A program made the translations under genes and the position numbers. Shown here piece after piece: positions 39,380 through 50,982 of a DNA stretch of 64,000 bases. Location: assembly GCA_000002435.2 (NCBI GenBank), contig CM018789.1; one strand, 5' to 3'. Position 1 is the first letter of the stretch, and each line of letters begins with the position of its first letter. Under the pieces are notes generated by a model that saw only the letters and a program-made list of their open reading frames with translations, had not been told where the DNA came from and searched no databases. The DNA comes from Giardia intestinalis. Lineage: Eukaryota.

Positions 39380-42300
39380 GCATGTTGGTATTAGTGACAG
39401 TGCTGGTGGCCAATACGATCACATCTGCTAGCCTTCTACCGTGGCTGGGCCATCTGGATAGCCTCATTGACCTTCCATGTCAGGAAGCAACGTGTCCGTA
39501 TCTTGATGGTAGACCCTCGCCTGTGTGGTCCTCCAGCATTCCACAAAGGACGTGGTGCCACATGACGTGCCTGCACACGCTCCCTGGCTGGCCTACTGTG
39601 CGGACACGAGACCGTGCACACCGCAGAATACCACGCATATGTCCAGGCACGCCTCCAGATGCTCACGCGGGGTGGCTGGCTAGAGCACGAGACGAGCAGA
39701 TACAGGCCGTGTGCTCTGCCCAGCAGTGGCTTGGCTGATAGCACCACCGTGTCTGGTCTGTTCACTAGACAGCTACACAGAGAAGCGCTTCTCCGAAAGA
39801 GCCGGCGCACCTCTGAGTAAAGTGCCAGGGGGATTGACCTTGTGTGTTTATGGTGTCATGAGCGGACAGACAGTAATGGCCTCTGTAAGCAAAAGAGCAG
39901 AAAAGCGTAGTCATGATGGCGCCTCCAGGGCACTCGCTGTGCAATGCCACCGGCAAGGACAGTTAGGCACTGCCAATAGGCCAGTCTGCGTCAGTAAACA
40001 CGCAGTGTTCGCAGGCCGAACCATGTACCTTTGCAAGCGGGCAGTGTAACCATTTCAACTTTTAATGCTGTTAAGCGATCTGTATAGTCCGCTTCATCTG
40101 GACGCCTCACGTGCCTTCGCCGCAACCACTGCTTCCATCTCGCAAGCCAACCATGCTATTGATGGAATGAGGCAGCAATACATCCGCCGCCCTTAATTCG
40201 CCCAGGCTGCCAATTCCACCCTGCAAGCTGCCCGCCACCTACCGTAGATCGATGTGGATGCATACTGCGGTGTGGTTGGGCCTGGAATAAGCAGATCTCA
40301 ACTGGGAGTCAGTCTCCTACTCTCCGTCGTCTGGCTCTGTCTCTGGTGTGAGCAGGACCATGCAACCACGAAAGACATCAGCTCCCTGCCAGTAGACAAT
40401 ATGCGCTGCAGAATAGGAGAACGTAGTGGGCCCCTAAGCTGCCCCGCTCGAGGAGCCGCTGCTTCTTTAACAGGGTTGCCCGACGACAGCAGGCACCAGT
40501 ATGGCTACCAGGCCCTTCTGGCTCTGACTTGCAGAGCATCCCCAGCACCGCTCCGGTAAGAGCTGTCTTTCCTATTGGCTTCTGCCGTCCGGGCGTCAGT
40601 TATGGCGAGAATTAACCCTTGCCCATTGGTACTGGTCGAACACTCACTACGTGTTGCTCGTCTAGGAAAGATTGATCTTGCCGCTCCACGGGCTATTCGC
40701 CATGCTGGATGACGAACATATGTGCCACTCAGCCCCTAGTCTTTATTGGATGCAAGGCCAGCTATGCAGGGTTACAGGGCCGCCTCGCCATCCTTAAGTT
40801 GAGCTCTTAGAAGTGTCCTACGTTTTACTAGACGCAACCTAGGTCCGTCCAACTCTATGCTTTATACTAATTCTAGATTGGGTTAAGCGTGCCTGGTAGT
40901 GAAGGTATCTACGGTACTTCCACTCACCGTGAGCAGTTCATAGAAGCCCCTGTGGCTCATCGCCTTCAATACTTGTGCGTTCACTCATCGATACCTCCGC
41001 GTTATTCAGCATAACTATAGTATGTCACCTGTATGCGTCAAGCTACAGCTCCTAAGTGTCTTACAGCAAATACCTTGCGTCTGAGCACCTGGTTAATTCA
41101 GCATCCACGCGTATAAAACATGATAGAAGTCTGTGGAGTATGGTGGCTTCCATTTTCTCTTTCCCCTTTTCTGACTCTGGTTGACTTTATCTTTGCTGGG
41201 TCAAATATGCACTATCTACGCGCACCTTAATGTTAACGGCACTCGTATGTCCTGCCAGGTCATATAAATCTTTATCAGCCGTTGCATGATAATTGTCTGG
41301 CATAATATGCAATCTGGTATTGAATGAAGAATAAAGCGCCCACTTTTGTAATGAGGACTTGTTGTGCTTATGCTGGGAAATAATAGATGGTCAAGTATAA
41401 CCGTACAAGGCTGTAGGACACTCTGCTGGACGATTTTATGAGTATAGGAAGCTGCCTGCTTTAACCTACAGCTCATTTCATTCACGTCATAAGCATTTTG
41501 CCACACAAGATCACTTTAAAAGCATTCTGTGATTACCAGACATCTTTTGATACCAGTCCCGGGTCAACAAAGCAAGCTGCTTATTGTAATTTGGAAAATT
41601 GGGTAACGGCTCCATGGATTCTTGGGTATCATGCCCACTAATCAGCAACTACCAAATATCCTACTTCGCATCTACTTTTTGCAATCTGTTTTTTGTAAGA
41701 CGGCGACTGAAGCGCTAATGGCTCAGTTTCCTAGACCATCCATATCTCTACATAAAGGTTGCCATCGGAAGTCTCCATAAATAGAACATGCAAACTCGAC
41801 AGACAAGCTTCTAGTATCAGCCTTCTCACAATGTATCTATGACAACGGGTCTGTCTTTAGTCAATCGATACTTATCCAGAGAACAGTAGCGCGGCAGTAG
41901 TATAGATGATTATTACGTAGCTTATGCAGGGGCTTGTTGTCAGCAACAAGAGATAAAACAACCTTAGCCTTACAAGATTAAAAGTTCCACATTAGCTAAA
42001 AACGATAGGCTCAGTGACCATTTTTCATGCCACTCACCAAACTTAAGCCGTTTACAGATTTGACGTTTAGTTGCTCTTACAATCTTTACTCTGCTGGTTG
42101 TCTGTTTGTTTGGATCTCTAGTTAAGGTTGGGCCAGTCTGCAATCTTACTCGTGCTCAATTGCGTGACACGCCATAACCATAATATCATTTATGATCTAG
42201 CCATCTATTGCAGGCGCTACTTGCTACATCAGAAACAATGACCGTGGATCCATTACCTTCCCTTTGGTGGTCAAAGTATCATAAGGGACAGACTCTTCTC

Positions 42301-43899
42301 ATGTGCTGGTTGGGCCGCTTAATCTTGTCAGTACAAACTTCTCTCACGATTCAAGCTAGTTGTGATAGTGATGGCATAATTTCCCTAGCAATCAGTTACT
42401 CAGTTCAATCCTTGCCTCAATATTATAACGAGTTGGACGCCTTGAGTCACAACGAGTCGGTGAAATTAGTATCTCAAAGCTTGCACGGATGTAAAGCATC
42501 GCGTTGGACATCACTGGATAAAGGCATGTACCAGTTGAGAATTGGTGCAACTTCTGGCTAACTCTTGAAGGCCCACGCTCCCTAACATGAACGTGGACAA
42601 GGCCAATCCCAGGCTCTGCGCCATATGGGTTTGTCACGAAGTCCTTGCCAGTAGGCACACAAAGCGACTGTTCTTGTCGCTTTTCTCGTGCTGTCGGTCT
42701 TGATTTGTCCTCTATGCGGCGTGGTGCAGTAGACAACCTCACCCCCTATGACCTTCCGTTGCGCAGCTCGTAACTGCTGTACACAATGCGTCTGCAAAGA
42801 GCCGACATGACAACGGCCCTATTTGGATGCTGCCCATGCAGAACCAGGCTTACGACTGCGTCTTGCAGCTATTAGCCGTGTATTCCATTTACTGCTGATT
42901 GCCTGGTCTATTATCACATATCTATGTATTGGCAAAGCAAGGCCCGTCCTTTTCTCGAAGGCAATAAAGCAATCTATTTGATCTACACCTTGCGCCCTTA
43001 AGCATATATCGGAAGACTACAATCAGCTCGTTCTGACTAGACTACATCATGGAAGGCATGAAAGGTCAGTTGGGTTTGTAACATACAGTGACGTAAAGTC
43101 ATTCGCGTCTCTTCAAAGCACCAAAGCAGCCCGCAAAAGTGTTCATTCAGATGGCTTTCTATCTCCATGTGACGATGCTCATGTGGATTTTCAGTACATT
43201 TACAGTGGTATTTCTGTGCGGCTCACATGTCTTATGAAAGTCTATGTTACCGATAGCTGGATGCAGATCTTCCTATTCTGTAAGATATTCATCGTCGTTC
43301 AACGTGTTCATAGCATGACATATCTGGCGTTTGCCTAGTTTGCCAATGCAAGTGCTTTCACTCTATGCTTACAAAAAGCACGAAGCCCAAGGGAGGATGG
43401 CCACAACCCCGAGGAGCGTGTATACAGCTGGCGACTTTAAGGGCCTACGTGAAAAGTACTAATATCCGTCCATGATTGCTCTTACAGTACTTTAATAATA
43501 GGCTAATAATAGATTCCCTGATGGCTATGCAGGATGGTATGTACCACCTGCAATGTTGAAAGATGTCCCAGCATGTACAGAAACACGTTGTGTACCCTAG
43601 AATCTACCAGTGATACTGGTGTGTAGAAGCAATTCATATATAAGAAGCGGTGTGCACAGACTCACTAAGAATGAGGAGGATAATTGGCAAGCAAAATAAG
43701 CTCTTACATTATTTCAAGAAGCATGCATTCACGACTTGGAGCTAAGAATGACGTATAAGTTATTTGAAAGCATAACACACTTAGAGGCAGAGCTGCAAAT
43801 CGCCTTTATCATATACAGGCAGTCACGTGGAACCATGCATGAAGATTCATGTTGTGGCACACCTTCACAGCTTCGTGGTTGGCGTCACGCCCAAGACCT
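39380..43899. other. Mirror copy of the 4.5 kb ORF-free stretch
   Basis: Small track ORFs (68, 118, 124, 112, 63, 101, 96, 117, 116, 71 aa) mirror those of 28073-32592 exactly. Confidence 0.7.
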
Positions 43900-44424
43900 C
43901 TAATCATCGGTGAGATCAATAGTGCTATTGCTAAGATCAATGACTGGAACCCGCTTCAGAGCCCGTTGGTGCGCAATGTATCTTACCTCTTGGTAGTAGT
44001 TGTGGCAGGCACGGATTGTAAGTCCAGCGGCCTGGTTAATTCGGTGCGCTTGTGCGTGCCAGACGGGCCCGTGATGCACTCGCTCGAACACCTTCAGTCT
44101 GAAAAGGTAGGCGTGGATCATCTCATGCACCAGCACGTCGAGCAGGTCGTGTTGTGAACGATATTGGAGTAGAGGTGCAGATAGGATAATTACAATAGGA
44201 CTATGCTCTTCTGTTCGCGTCCCTCTGTATTTGCATAGACCTGCAGAACGTGTTAGCCTATTGCTCCAATGAACCACAACATCTCTCAGGCAATTGTCGA
44301 AAAAAGCCTCGTTGAAATGCCTAAAGAGCGCGTGCACATCACCAAAAGGCCAGTGTTGTGTTTCTAGTTCCTGAGAGGTAGGTGGTGGGGCAGCAAAAAA
44401 GTCCAGGAGGGGGTTGCTATCCAT
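43900..44424 (-). CDS. SprT-like zinc metalloprotease, second copy
   Basis: Identical translation to 27548..28072. ATG at 44422-44424 on the - strand. Confidence 0.8.
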   Translation of the reverse strand: MDSNPLLDFFAAPPPTSQELETQHWPFGDVHALFRHFNEAFFDNCLRDVVVHWSNRLTRSAGLCKYRGTRTEEHSPIVIILSAPLLQYRSQHDLLDVLVHEMIHAYLFRLKVFERVHHGPVWHAQAHRINQAAGLTIRACHNYYQEVRYIAHQRALKRVPVIDLSNSTIDLTDD

Positions 44425-44428
44425 TTTT

Positions 44429-45847
44429 ATGCCAGAGCATCCTGAGGTTCGAGCCTTCGCAGAACGCATAACGTTTGAGGCAGAGCACACTCTCTTTACT
44501 AACGTCTCTACTTCGAGGGCGTGTGTGTATAAGGCCCTCCCACCTTTGTTCCTTGATGATTCCATAAAAGTAGCATTTACCATAAGGTGCGAATCTCGAG
44601 GCAAGCAGCTCCGAGTTGACCTGGCTCGGGCAGCTGATCCACCTAGGAATGAGGCAAAGAGTATTTTTGTGCGTCTGAAAAGAAATACATCTGACACCTC
44701 AGAGACACCCTATGATTTGTGCAAAACAACCGCTTTAAGCCGCCCCTGGGAACACTCAGATCACGCTGTGGCGCTTACCATACCAACCAGTATCGTGATT
44801 GGCCTGGGATTAGCAGGCTGTATCAACACCTTCTTAACCCCAGAGGAAGCTTTGAAGTCTAACGCACATCTCTTGTTTGAGGCATCTGATGCTGTGTTAG
44901 CAGTATGCTCGCCACGGCCAGAGACCATGTACTGGCGAGTAGGAGACTTCGACCATGCACGGTCCCCTGATCCTGTGGCACAGTACCTAGACTATGTGTC
45001 CAAGATACTGTCCAAACTGTCACATATTCCTATAGGTCTTGACGGGTCTTTCATTGTGCCACCCAAGTCGATATTTTCACAACCCATATGCCGGCTTCTT
45101 TTGTCTCAGGAATTGTTCAACGGAGTAGGGAATTACCTACGAGCAGAGGCCATGCACCGACTTCTTATTCACCCTTTCACCCCAAGCGTCTATGTGTTTG
45201 AAGAGCTTATCCATTGGGTTCATGACACCGTGCGAGAAACCCCTCGATTCCACAACTTGAGTAACAAGTGGAGAAGTCTTGCCGAAAAGAATGTCTCTAT
45301 TATCGAGACCAAGTGCCCACTCATCCCGATGATCAGAAGGCTATGTGAGGAGGCCTATGCTGTTCTGGATGATCACAGACTCTTTTCGGAGTGGCTTTTA
45401 TGCTATAAGAAAGCAACTAATTGCATTCTTGATTCCGGGGGCAGAGAAGTTTGGTTCTTCGAAAAGCTAGTCGCAAACAAATCCAGTCATGCAAGTGAGC
45501 ACGGCGATAAGAAGAATTCTGCTGAGAAGCCAGATGCATGTACCCTGTCAGAGCTCATACTGTCCTCTGAACCTAGTCTTAAAAAGGTTGCAGTACAGCA
45601 ACTGGCTACGTCAAACGCAGAAAATGTCATTCTTAATAGCACGGAGAATGATGCTGATGTCAGCCAGCTAGACATCTTGGAATACTCTCGCAAAGACCTC
45701 CTTCGACGAGGCACGGTACTCGACAATCTTCCAATTGATTCTAGAAACGAGTCAGCTAGTCGATGGCAGGACAAGATTGTTCGGAAGAGTACTGTCCAAC
45801 AATTACATGACGCTCGAACGTTTCAAGCAAGCCTCCAGTCGAAGTAA
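44429..45847 (+). CDS. Fpg/Nei-family DNA glycosylase, second copy
   Basis: Identical translation to 26125..27543. ATG at 44429, again 4 nt from the SprT ATG (CATttttATG). Confidence 0.75.
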   Translation: MPEHPEVRAFAERITFEAEHTLFTNVSTSRACVYKALPPLFLDDSIKVAFTIRCESRGKQLRVDLARAADPPRNEAKSIFVRLKRNTSDTSETPYDLCKTTALSRPWEHSDHAVALTIPTSIVIGLGLAGCINTFLTPEEALKSNAHLLFEASDAVLAVCSPRPETMYWRVGDFDHARSPDPVAQYLDYVSKILSKLSHIPIGLDGSFIVPPKSIFSQPICRLLLSQELFNGVGNYLRAEAMHRLLIHPFTPSVYVFEELIHWVHDTVRETPRFHNLSNKWRSLAEKNVSIIETKCPLIPMIRRLCEEAYAVLDDHRLFSEWLLCYKKATNCILDSGGREVWFFEKLVANKSSHASEHGDKKNSAEKPDACTLSELILSSEPSLKKVAVQQLATSNAENVILNSTENDADVSQLDILEYSRKDLLRRGTVLDNLPIDSRNESASRWQDKIVRKSTVQQLHDARTFQASLQSK

Positions 45848-45865
45848 AGCAGAGAGTCCGCGGGC

Positions 45866-46369
45866 CTATATCTGCCTGACCATTATCTTATCATCCAAGG
45901 AGTACAGAAGGTGGTCGCTATACAGCTGTACAATGGGAGGCGGCTCTGTTTCAGAGATGGGCATTGTGCTTCTACAATACTGGTCTACAATCTCTAACTG
46001 ATCAGATACCTTCATGATCGTGTAGTGGTTTGCAAGAAAGAGGGCAGAACGGGCGTTGAGTAATCGTGTAAACGGGGGTTGGTGACACAGCTGGCTGTTC
46101 AACTGTTCAACCCTCTGCACCCTCAGCGGCTGCAGGCTGCCTCTCATGGCCAAGAGGTTGAGCCCGTCGGTTCCGACGGTGTAGAGCACTTGCTTGCAGG
46201 TGAGCGCGGAGTCGAAAATGGGATACGAGGGGGCCAGCTGGGCGTGTGTGTGAAGAAGGGCGTTCCTTATCAGATCCCAGACCTTCACAGACCCGTCGAT
46301 GCTGGTGGAAACCAGCGCGCTGTCGGCGACGTGCAGCGACGTCACCGCGTGGCTGTGAGAAAGGGTCGT
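45866..46369 (-). pseudogene. 3' fragment (about 165 codons) of the WD40 gene, truncated at the outer duplication breakpoint
   Basis: Track ORF 45866..46399 matches 25219..26106 from TTLSHSHAV to the stop. Its first 10 residues (MVHAFPPHPA) are unrelated junction sequence. Confidence 0.7.
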
Positions 46370-46523
46370 GGCGGGGTGGGGCGGAAAAGCGTGCACCATG
46401 CGGGAGTCGGACCCGCCCCAACAGCTTGGAAGGCTGTCATGCTAGCCGATACACCAATGGTGCCCGGCGCGCCGCATAAACAGCGGATAAATTAGTATGT
46501 GCTTTGAATGGTCTGGTTCAGAT

Positions 46524-47072
46524 TTACTCGGGATTGGCGGTGCGGATGAACTCGTCGAGGAGGTTCTCCTCTGGGAGCGCACGCCACCGGGTCCGCTCGG
46601 TCCCCCGCAGTGCTTCTTGCTGCCGCTGGAGCCGCTCGATGGTCTCTCGCTCACGAGCTTTGTGTACTCTTGCTTCCTCTGCGTAATTTGTAACGGCATC
46701 GATGAATTGTTTAACACCAGCAAAGGCGGTGCGGATCAGCCGCATCTCTGCAGAATCAGATGGAGGCGCAGGAGTGGTTATGTGACCCTTCTCTAGGAGC
46801 TCTCGCCGCTCTATGGAAATAGCATCCTGCAGGCGGCGCTCATACTTCTCACGCTCAACAGCCTTTTCTCGCCCTTCGCGATTGAGCATAACAGGACCGT
46901 GATCCGTTGTATTCAGGTTCTTGTTGACGATACGGCCAACTGCACTCGTAAGTTGCTCCGCGTCGTTATAGCCTAGATGCTTGCGCTTTGGCTCCCCTTC
47001 ATGTGCTGATGGTTCTGATGCAGAGTCACTGATGCTATCTGGGAGGTAGGAGATGTCTGTGTCCGATGACAT
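46524..47072 (-). CDS. Hypothetical charged/coiled-coil protein (about 183 aa)
   Basis: The track start at 47102 is GTG. The first ATG is at 47072. No recognisable domain. Confidence 0.45.
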   Translation of the reverse strand: MSSDTDISYLPDSISDSASEPSAHEGEPKRKHLGYNDAEQLTSAVGRIVNKNLNTTDHGPVMLNREGREKAVEREKYERRLQDAISIERRELLEKGHITTPAPPSDSAEMRLIRTAFAGVKQFIDAVTNYAEEARVHKARERETIERLQRQQEALRGTERTRWRALPEENLLDEFIRTANPE

Positions 47073-47098
47073 ACTATTACAATTTTTAGAAGTGCGTG

Positions 47099-47734
47099 TC
47101 ACCCTACGAGCACAGCAGATCCTTTGATTACATGGTCCTCAACGGCATCGAAGTGGACTGCGAGTTGATCATCTACCGCCACAACAGTCTCTGTATCGAA
47201 AGATGTGATAGTGGTAGCTTGGAGAAAGCGTACAACCACAACCTTGCTACGGAGAAGGATAAGCTGTCGACTAAGGGTTTCGCGGAGCTCCTTTTGGAAG
47301 GAGGCTTCTGGGTCCAATTCTGTTGCATGGTTGGACAGTATGGCTTTAATGGGTTGAAAAATGGTTGTATTGAGCAACTGGTGCGACAACTCAAGAAAGG
47401 CTCTGGCGGCATCCTGCTCATTTTCAGTGAGGTACTTTTGTAGCTCCGTCTGCATATATAGAAATGGCTTATCGCTGAGCTTTGAAAGCCGTAGACGCAC
47501 ATAGTCTTCGAAAATGAAGCGTAGCCGCTCCATGTGTAGGTGAACCATGTCTCTATGAACCTTGTCATACATTGCTATTCTGTCTTGAGATTTCGACAGG
47601 TATTCCTTAACTGTATCAAGCACCTCTTGCTCGCGCGGAAGAACGATGGGACTATAGCGCTCGTTGTTCCACAGCTGCAGAAACCTGTCGTATGCCCGTT
47701 TATTCTGTTCACTGGCCTCAAGTAGCCCGGCCAT
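47099..47734 (-). CDS. SLD5: GINS complex subunit Sld5 (CMG helicase component)
   Basis: AYDRFLQLWNNERYSPIVLPREQEVLDTVKEYL and VHLHMERLRFIFEDYVRLRLSKLSDKP align with Sld5 LIERLEQAWMNEKFAPELLESKPEIVECVMEQL and IHQMEMERIRYVLSSYLRCRLMKIEKF. 211 aa. Confidence 0.65.
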   Translation of the reverse strand: MAGLLEASEQNKRAYDRFLQLWNNERYSPIVLPREQEVLDTVKEYLSKSQDRIAMYDKVHRDMVHLHMERLRFIFEDYVRLRLSKLSDKPFLYMQTELQKYLTENEQDAARAFLELSHQLLNTTIFQPIKAILSNHATELDPEASFQKELRETLSRQLILLRSKVVVVRFLQATTITSFDTETVVAVDDQLAVHFDAVEDHVIKGSAVLVG

Positions 47735-47746
47735 GAGGCAGCTAAT

Positions 47747-48964
47747 TTATTTACTGCAGCTGTCATTGACGTCTGGAGACTGGGGTTGCAGATCTTTATA
47801 TGTGTCCTTCGGCAGTACACACACTCCGAGATAAGCTTCCCGCCATAGATTAAGAAGTTGTCGACATATGGGCCGCAATGACCTATCTAGATCATCAAGT
47901 TCAGGGCGGGATACTGCACTGTTCATTAAAAGTAGCTCATGTCCAGCACCCACAGATGTCAGTAGCCCCATTTTTCTGTCGGAGCCGTGGAGCATAAGGC
48001 TTTGTCGAGCACTATGAAACGCGGAGGATAGTTCCCTTGTGCGTAGATGTGCAGCCAATGAATCAAGTCCTTGCATAATCTTCTTTCCAACAAGCCTACT
48101 CTGGCCAGGCCCCATACAGACCAATACACTTGCACCGTGAAATACCATGAGACTTGCAGACGCAAATGGGGCCAGCGTCTTATTTAAAAGTGGGACGAAA
48201 GCCAAAGCTGCATCTGTCTCACGGCCAGGCTGAACAGGAAATGCTAAGACAGTCTCTGGTATGCGTGTATATGGTGAGATGTATGAGTGTATCCTGTTGT
48301 CGAACAAATTAATGTTCAGTCGCGAGACCGGTTGTTGCCAGAAATCAGTGACCTGGGAGATAGATCCGTGAATATTGTTGCCTGAAAGGGTGTCCATTGC
48401 CTTACTAATATCCACGTCATTACCAGATAGAATGTAGACAGCCTTGGCAGGGTCAAGCAGCTTGTCCGTGAACTCCTTGTATGCTCCATTTTTCATTCGT
48501 CCATAAAGACCAATCTCTGCCAGTATCGGATTCGCCAGGGGGCTATCTCTGAAGACATGATGCAAAACAAGTTCCTTTGCATGCTCGTAAGGCGTAGCAA
48601 GGACCATGATGGCTTCGTGTTGAATATCATCGTACTCGTTGAGCAGAAGGGGAAGAGGACGCTGTGCACGCGGCAGGAGGTCACGAAGCTGCTCAAGACA
48701 ATCTGTGAGAGAGGGGCGATGGAGCTGAGTGTCTCGCGCATCTGCGGTAAATGCAACGTAGTTTTTAGCAGTGAACCCGTTGAGCTCAATCCCAGCATCC
48801 TCTGCGGCAGTTAGCCTCTGAGTGCGGGACAGACCTTGACCAAATGCCATGTGCTCAGCCAAGTGGGTGAAACCAGCAGTCATCGTAGACTCTACCAGCG
48901 GACCACCACTGAAGACCACGGTAGCGGAGGGAAGCGCTCCTGGAACTATGTCACGGATAAGCAT
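47747..48964 (-). CDS. M16 (insulinase/pitrilysin) family zinc peptidase, beta-MPP-like. Candidate single-subunit mitosomal processing peptidase.
   Basis: N-terminal zinc-binding HxxEH region: VFSGGPLVESTMTAGFTHLAEHMAFGQG. 405 aa. Confidence 0.7.
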   Translation of the reverse strand: MLIRDIVPGALPSATVVFSGGPLVESTMTAGFTHLAEHMAFGQGLSRTQRLTAAEDAGIELNGFTAKNYVAFTADARDTQLHRPSLTDCLEQLRDLLPRAQRPLPLLLNEYDDIQHEAIMVLATPYEHAKELVLHHVFRDSPLANPILAEIGLYGRMKNGAYKEFTDKLLDPAKAVYILSGNDVDISKAMDTLSGNNIHGSISQVTDFWQQPVSRLNINLFDNRIHSYISPYTRIPETVLAFPVQPGRETDAALAFVPLLNKTLAPFASASLMVFHGASVLVCMGPGQSRLVGKKIMQGLDSLAAHLRTRELSSAFHSARQSLMLHGSDRKMGLLTSVGAGHELLLMNSAVSRPELDDLDRSLRPICRQLLNLWREAYLGVCVLPKDTYKDLQPQSPDVNDSCSK

Positions 48965-49141
48965 GGCTAGAAATCTAAATTACTATACTTGGAGAAGGAG
49001 CTCTATCCCCGATTGACCAAGAAATGAAATCGCTACAAAATAGCAAGGAGCCCGTTTGCGAGTGGATGAGGCTAACAGTCCTTATTGAAGAACTTTTTGC
49101 CGCACAGAGAGATCTTTGGACTTTTTAATTTTGAAATCTCA

Positions 49142-50734
49142 ATGTCGCCACTTGATGCCTTTGAAGTAGTGCTGCGACTCAATGATCTAACCCATTTGGC
49201 GCCCAAATCCACTGGAAGTGTATGCAAGCTGATGTGGTCCGACTATACAGAGAGGGGCAAGCTGTTTTCTGAGGCCGCCGTGACAACTAAGGATGAACTT
49301 ATTTCCTTCTCTCTTTCGTTTCTGCACAACCCCGCTTCTTCGTCCAGTGCTCTCCTTGCAGCAGTCCTCTTCCGCCTTTCAGACTTCTGCCAGTGGTGCT
49401 CCGATTTCGAACAGAGGCTCATTACAAGACTCGATCCCCAGCTATTCAATCAGTTGGTGGCGTCCTTTGAAAAAGAGAGAAACCTCAATCGGCATGTGTT
49501 GTACTATGAGCGCGGAGACGAGGCCTTCTCCTACACACCTCTGGCAAGTGGAGAAAATCCCATATCCCACAAGTTCACTACGGGGTGCTACCTTTGTGCA
49601 TTAGACACGCTGCTGGCACAGTTAGCTCACAGCGTGACAGTAAGCATGCCCCTCTTCTTCAGTGTGTGTAGAACTGCCGATCGCCTTATGGATATCATAG
49701 CAAACTTCAAGCTAGTATACACACCTCTCATTGAGAAGAGTCTGCCTCTCCTGGCAAAGCTCATGATGAACCCCGTTCTCTTTGCCTTTATTCTCACCGC
49801 AGAGACGTTTGACCACGGATCAGTGGACAGAGCTTACATGGATCAATACGCAGACGACTATTACAACGCCCATGCAGACAGCATGATTACCGGGCTTTCT
49901 GGAGAGCAAGAGCGCCAGACGCTTTCTCCAGGTTCCCCACGGACAGTTGCCGGAAGTAAGCTTCTTCCACTCTTCATTAACATGATAGTCAGCCACCTGC
50001 CACGCGTGAGTAACCAGAAGTCGGTTGAGTTTCCAATAATATATGGCTGCCTTCTTTGCATATGGCTCAGCTCCTTCGTCGAAAAGCGCTCCTTGTTAAC
50101 ACAGGGCATCTTTGTCCTTATCGTAAGGATACTGAACTGTACCATCCTTCAGAATGTTGCTAAAATTGTTCGTCTGTCGCTCAAGATCCTTTTGAACGTT
50201 AGCACTCTCCCCGAGGCGGTAGATTTTATGGCAGCATCCCAGCTGGATGCCGTTCTTGTCGTTATGGAAGGCAAAGGATGGCAGGAGTCTAAGGAAAACC
50301 CCTCAGGATGCATATACACCTTACTCAGGGAGCTCCGTGCCATTCTTGAACAAACTATCAAGAAGGTGACAACCTGGGAAACGTACTTGGCGGAACTTAA
50401 GTCAGATCTTCTTGGGAACACTCCTGTGCACACGAGCGAAGCATTTTGGAAGGCCAATTCGCACAGGCTTCTTGATAATTCCGCCTATGCCCTTAACCGC
50501 CTAGAGCAGATTGGCACGAAGGCATACAAGTCTGACACCAATTCGCTACTTGTCTGCTTGAACGACATTGGGATGTTCTGCATAAGCTACAGCAATGGCA
50601 GAAACGTGGTAGCCCAAATGCCCAACATCAAAGCATTTGTTATGTCCTGTCTGCAGCACGAGGCCGAAACCGTTCGTGACGCTGCCATCGTGACCCTTTC
50701 GAAGGTCCTCGTGGACAACTGGCGCAATGTGTGA
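49142..50734 (+). CDS. ATP6V1H: V-type H+-ATPase subunit H (VMA13)
   Basis: C-terminal TPVHTSEAFWKANSHRLLDNSAYALNRLEQI...VRDAAIVTLSKVLVDNW aligns with subunit H [28 protein letters not shown]...VRYNALLAVQKLMVHNW. The track start at 49085 is TTG; the first ATG is 49142. Confidence 0.85.
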   Translation: MSPLDAFEVVLRLNDLTHLAPKSTGSVCKLMWSDYTERGKLFSEAAVTTKDELISFSLSFLHNPASSSSALLAAVLFRLSDFCQWCSDFEQRLITRLDPQLFNQLVASFEKERNLNRHVLYYERGDEAFSYTPLASGENPISHKFTTGCYLCALDTLLAQLAHSVTVSMPLFFSVCRTADRLMDIIANFKLVYTPLIEKSLPLLAKLMMNPVLFAFILTAETFDHGSVDRAYMDQYADDYYNAHADSMITGLSGEQERQTLSPGSPRTVAGSKLLPLFINMIVSHLPRVSNQKSVEFPIIYGCLLCIWLSSFVEKRSLLTQGIFVLIVRILNCTILQNVAKIVRLSLKILLNVSTLPEAVDFMAASQLDAVLVVMEGKGWQESKENPSGCIYTLLRELRAILEQTIKKVTTWETYLAELKSDLLGNTPVHTSEAFWKANSHRLLDNSAYALNRLEQIGTKAYKSDTNSLLVCLNDIGMFCISYSNGRNVVAQMPNIKAFVMSCLQHEAETVRDAAIVTLSKVLVDNWRNV

Positions 50735-50982
50735 CGCCCTGGTACGGGCCTTTGCGGGGCCCATGTTTAAGTAAAGGACTGCGTGGATGGGATCCTTCCC
50801 CTTGCTTCTGGTGTACCGTGCGGCAGTCTTTGACAGAGACCACTGCGAGAAGAACTGGTGGTGAGGGTTCACGAGACAGAGTAGGGTAATAAAGAACACA
50901 CCAGAGTAACACAAGGGTGCAGTTTTTTCTCGCCAATTGACTTTGCAAAGGTAATTTACTCGTATCAATTTATAGGTATCGG

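Larger units (their letters stand above)
37552..46369. repeat. Right arm of the inverted duplication (9.5 kb), reverse complement of 25603-35946 minus 13 VSP repeat units and a 10-bp indel near the inner edge
   Basis: Identical mirrored ORF translations (477, 265, 428-of-935, 127, 118, 124, 112, 101, 96, 117, 116, 102, 100, 94, 71, 70 aa and others). Confidence 0.9.
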
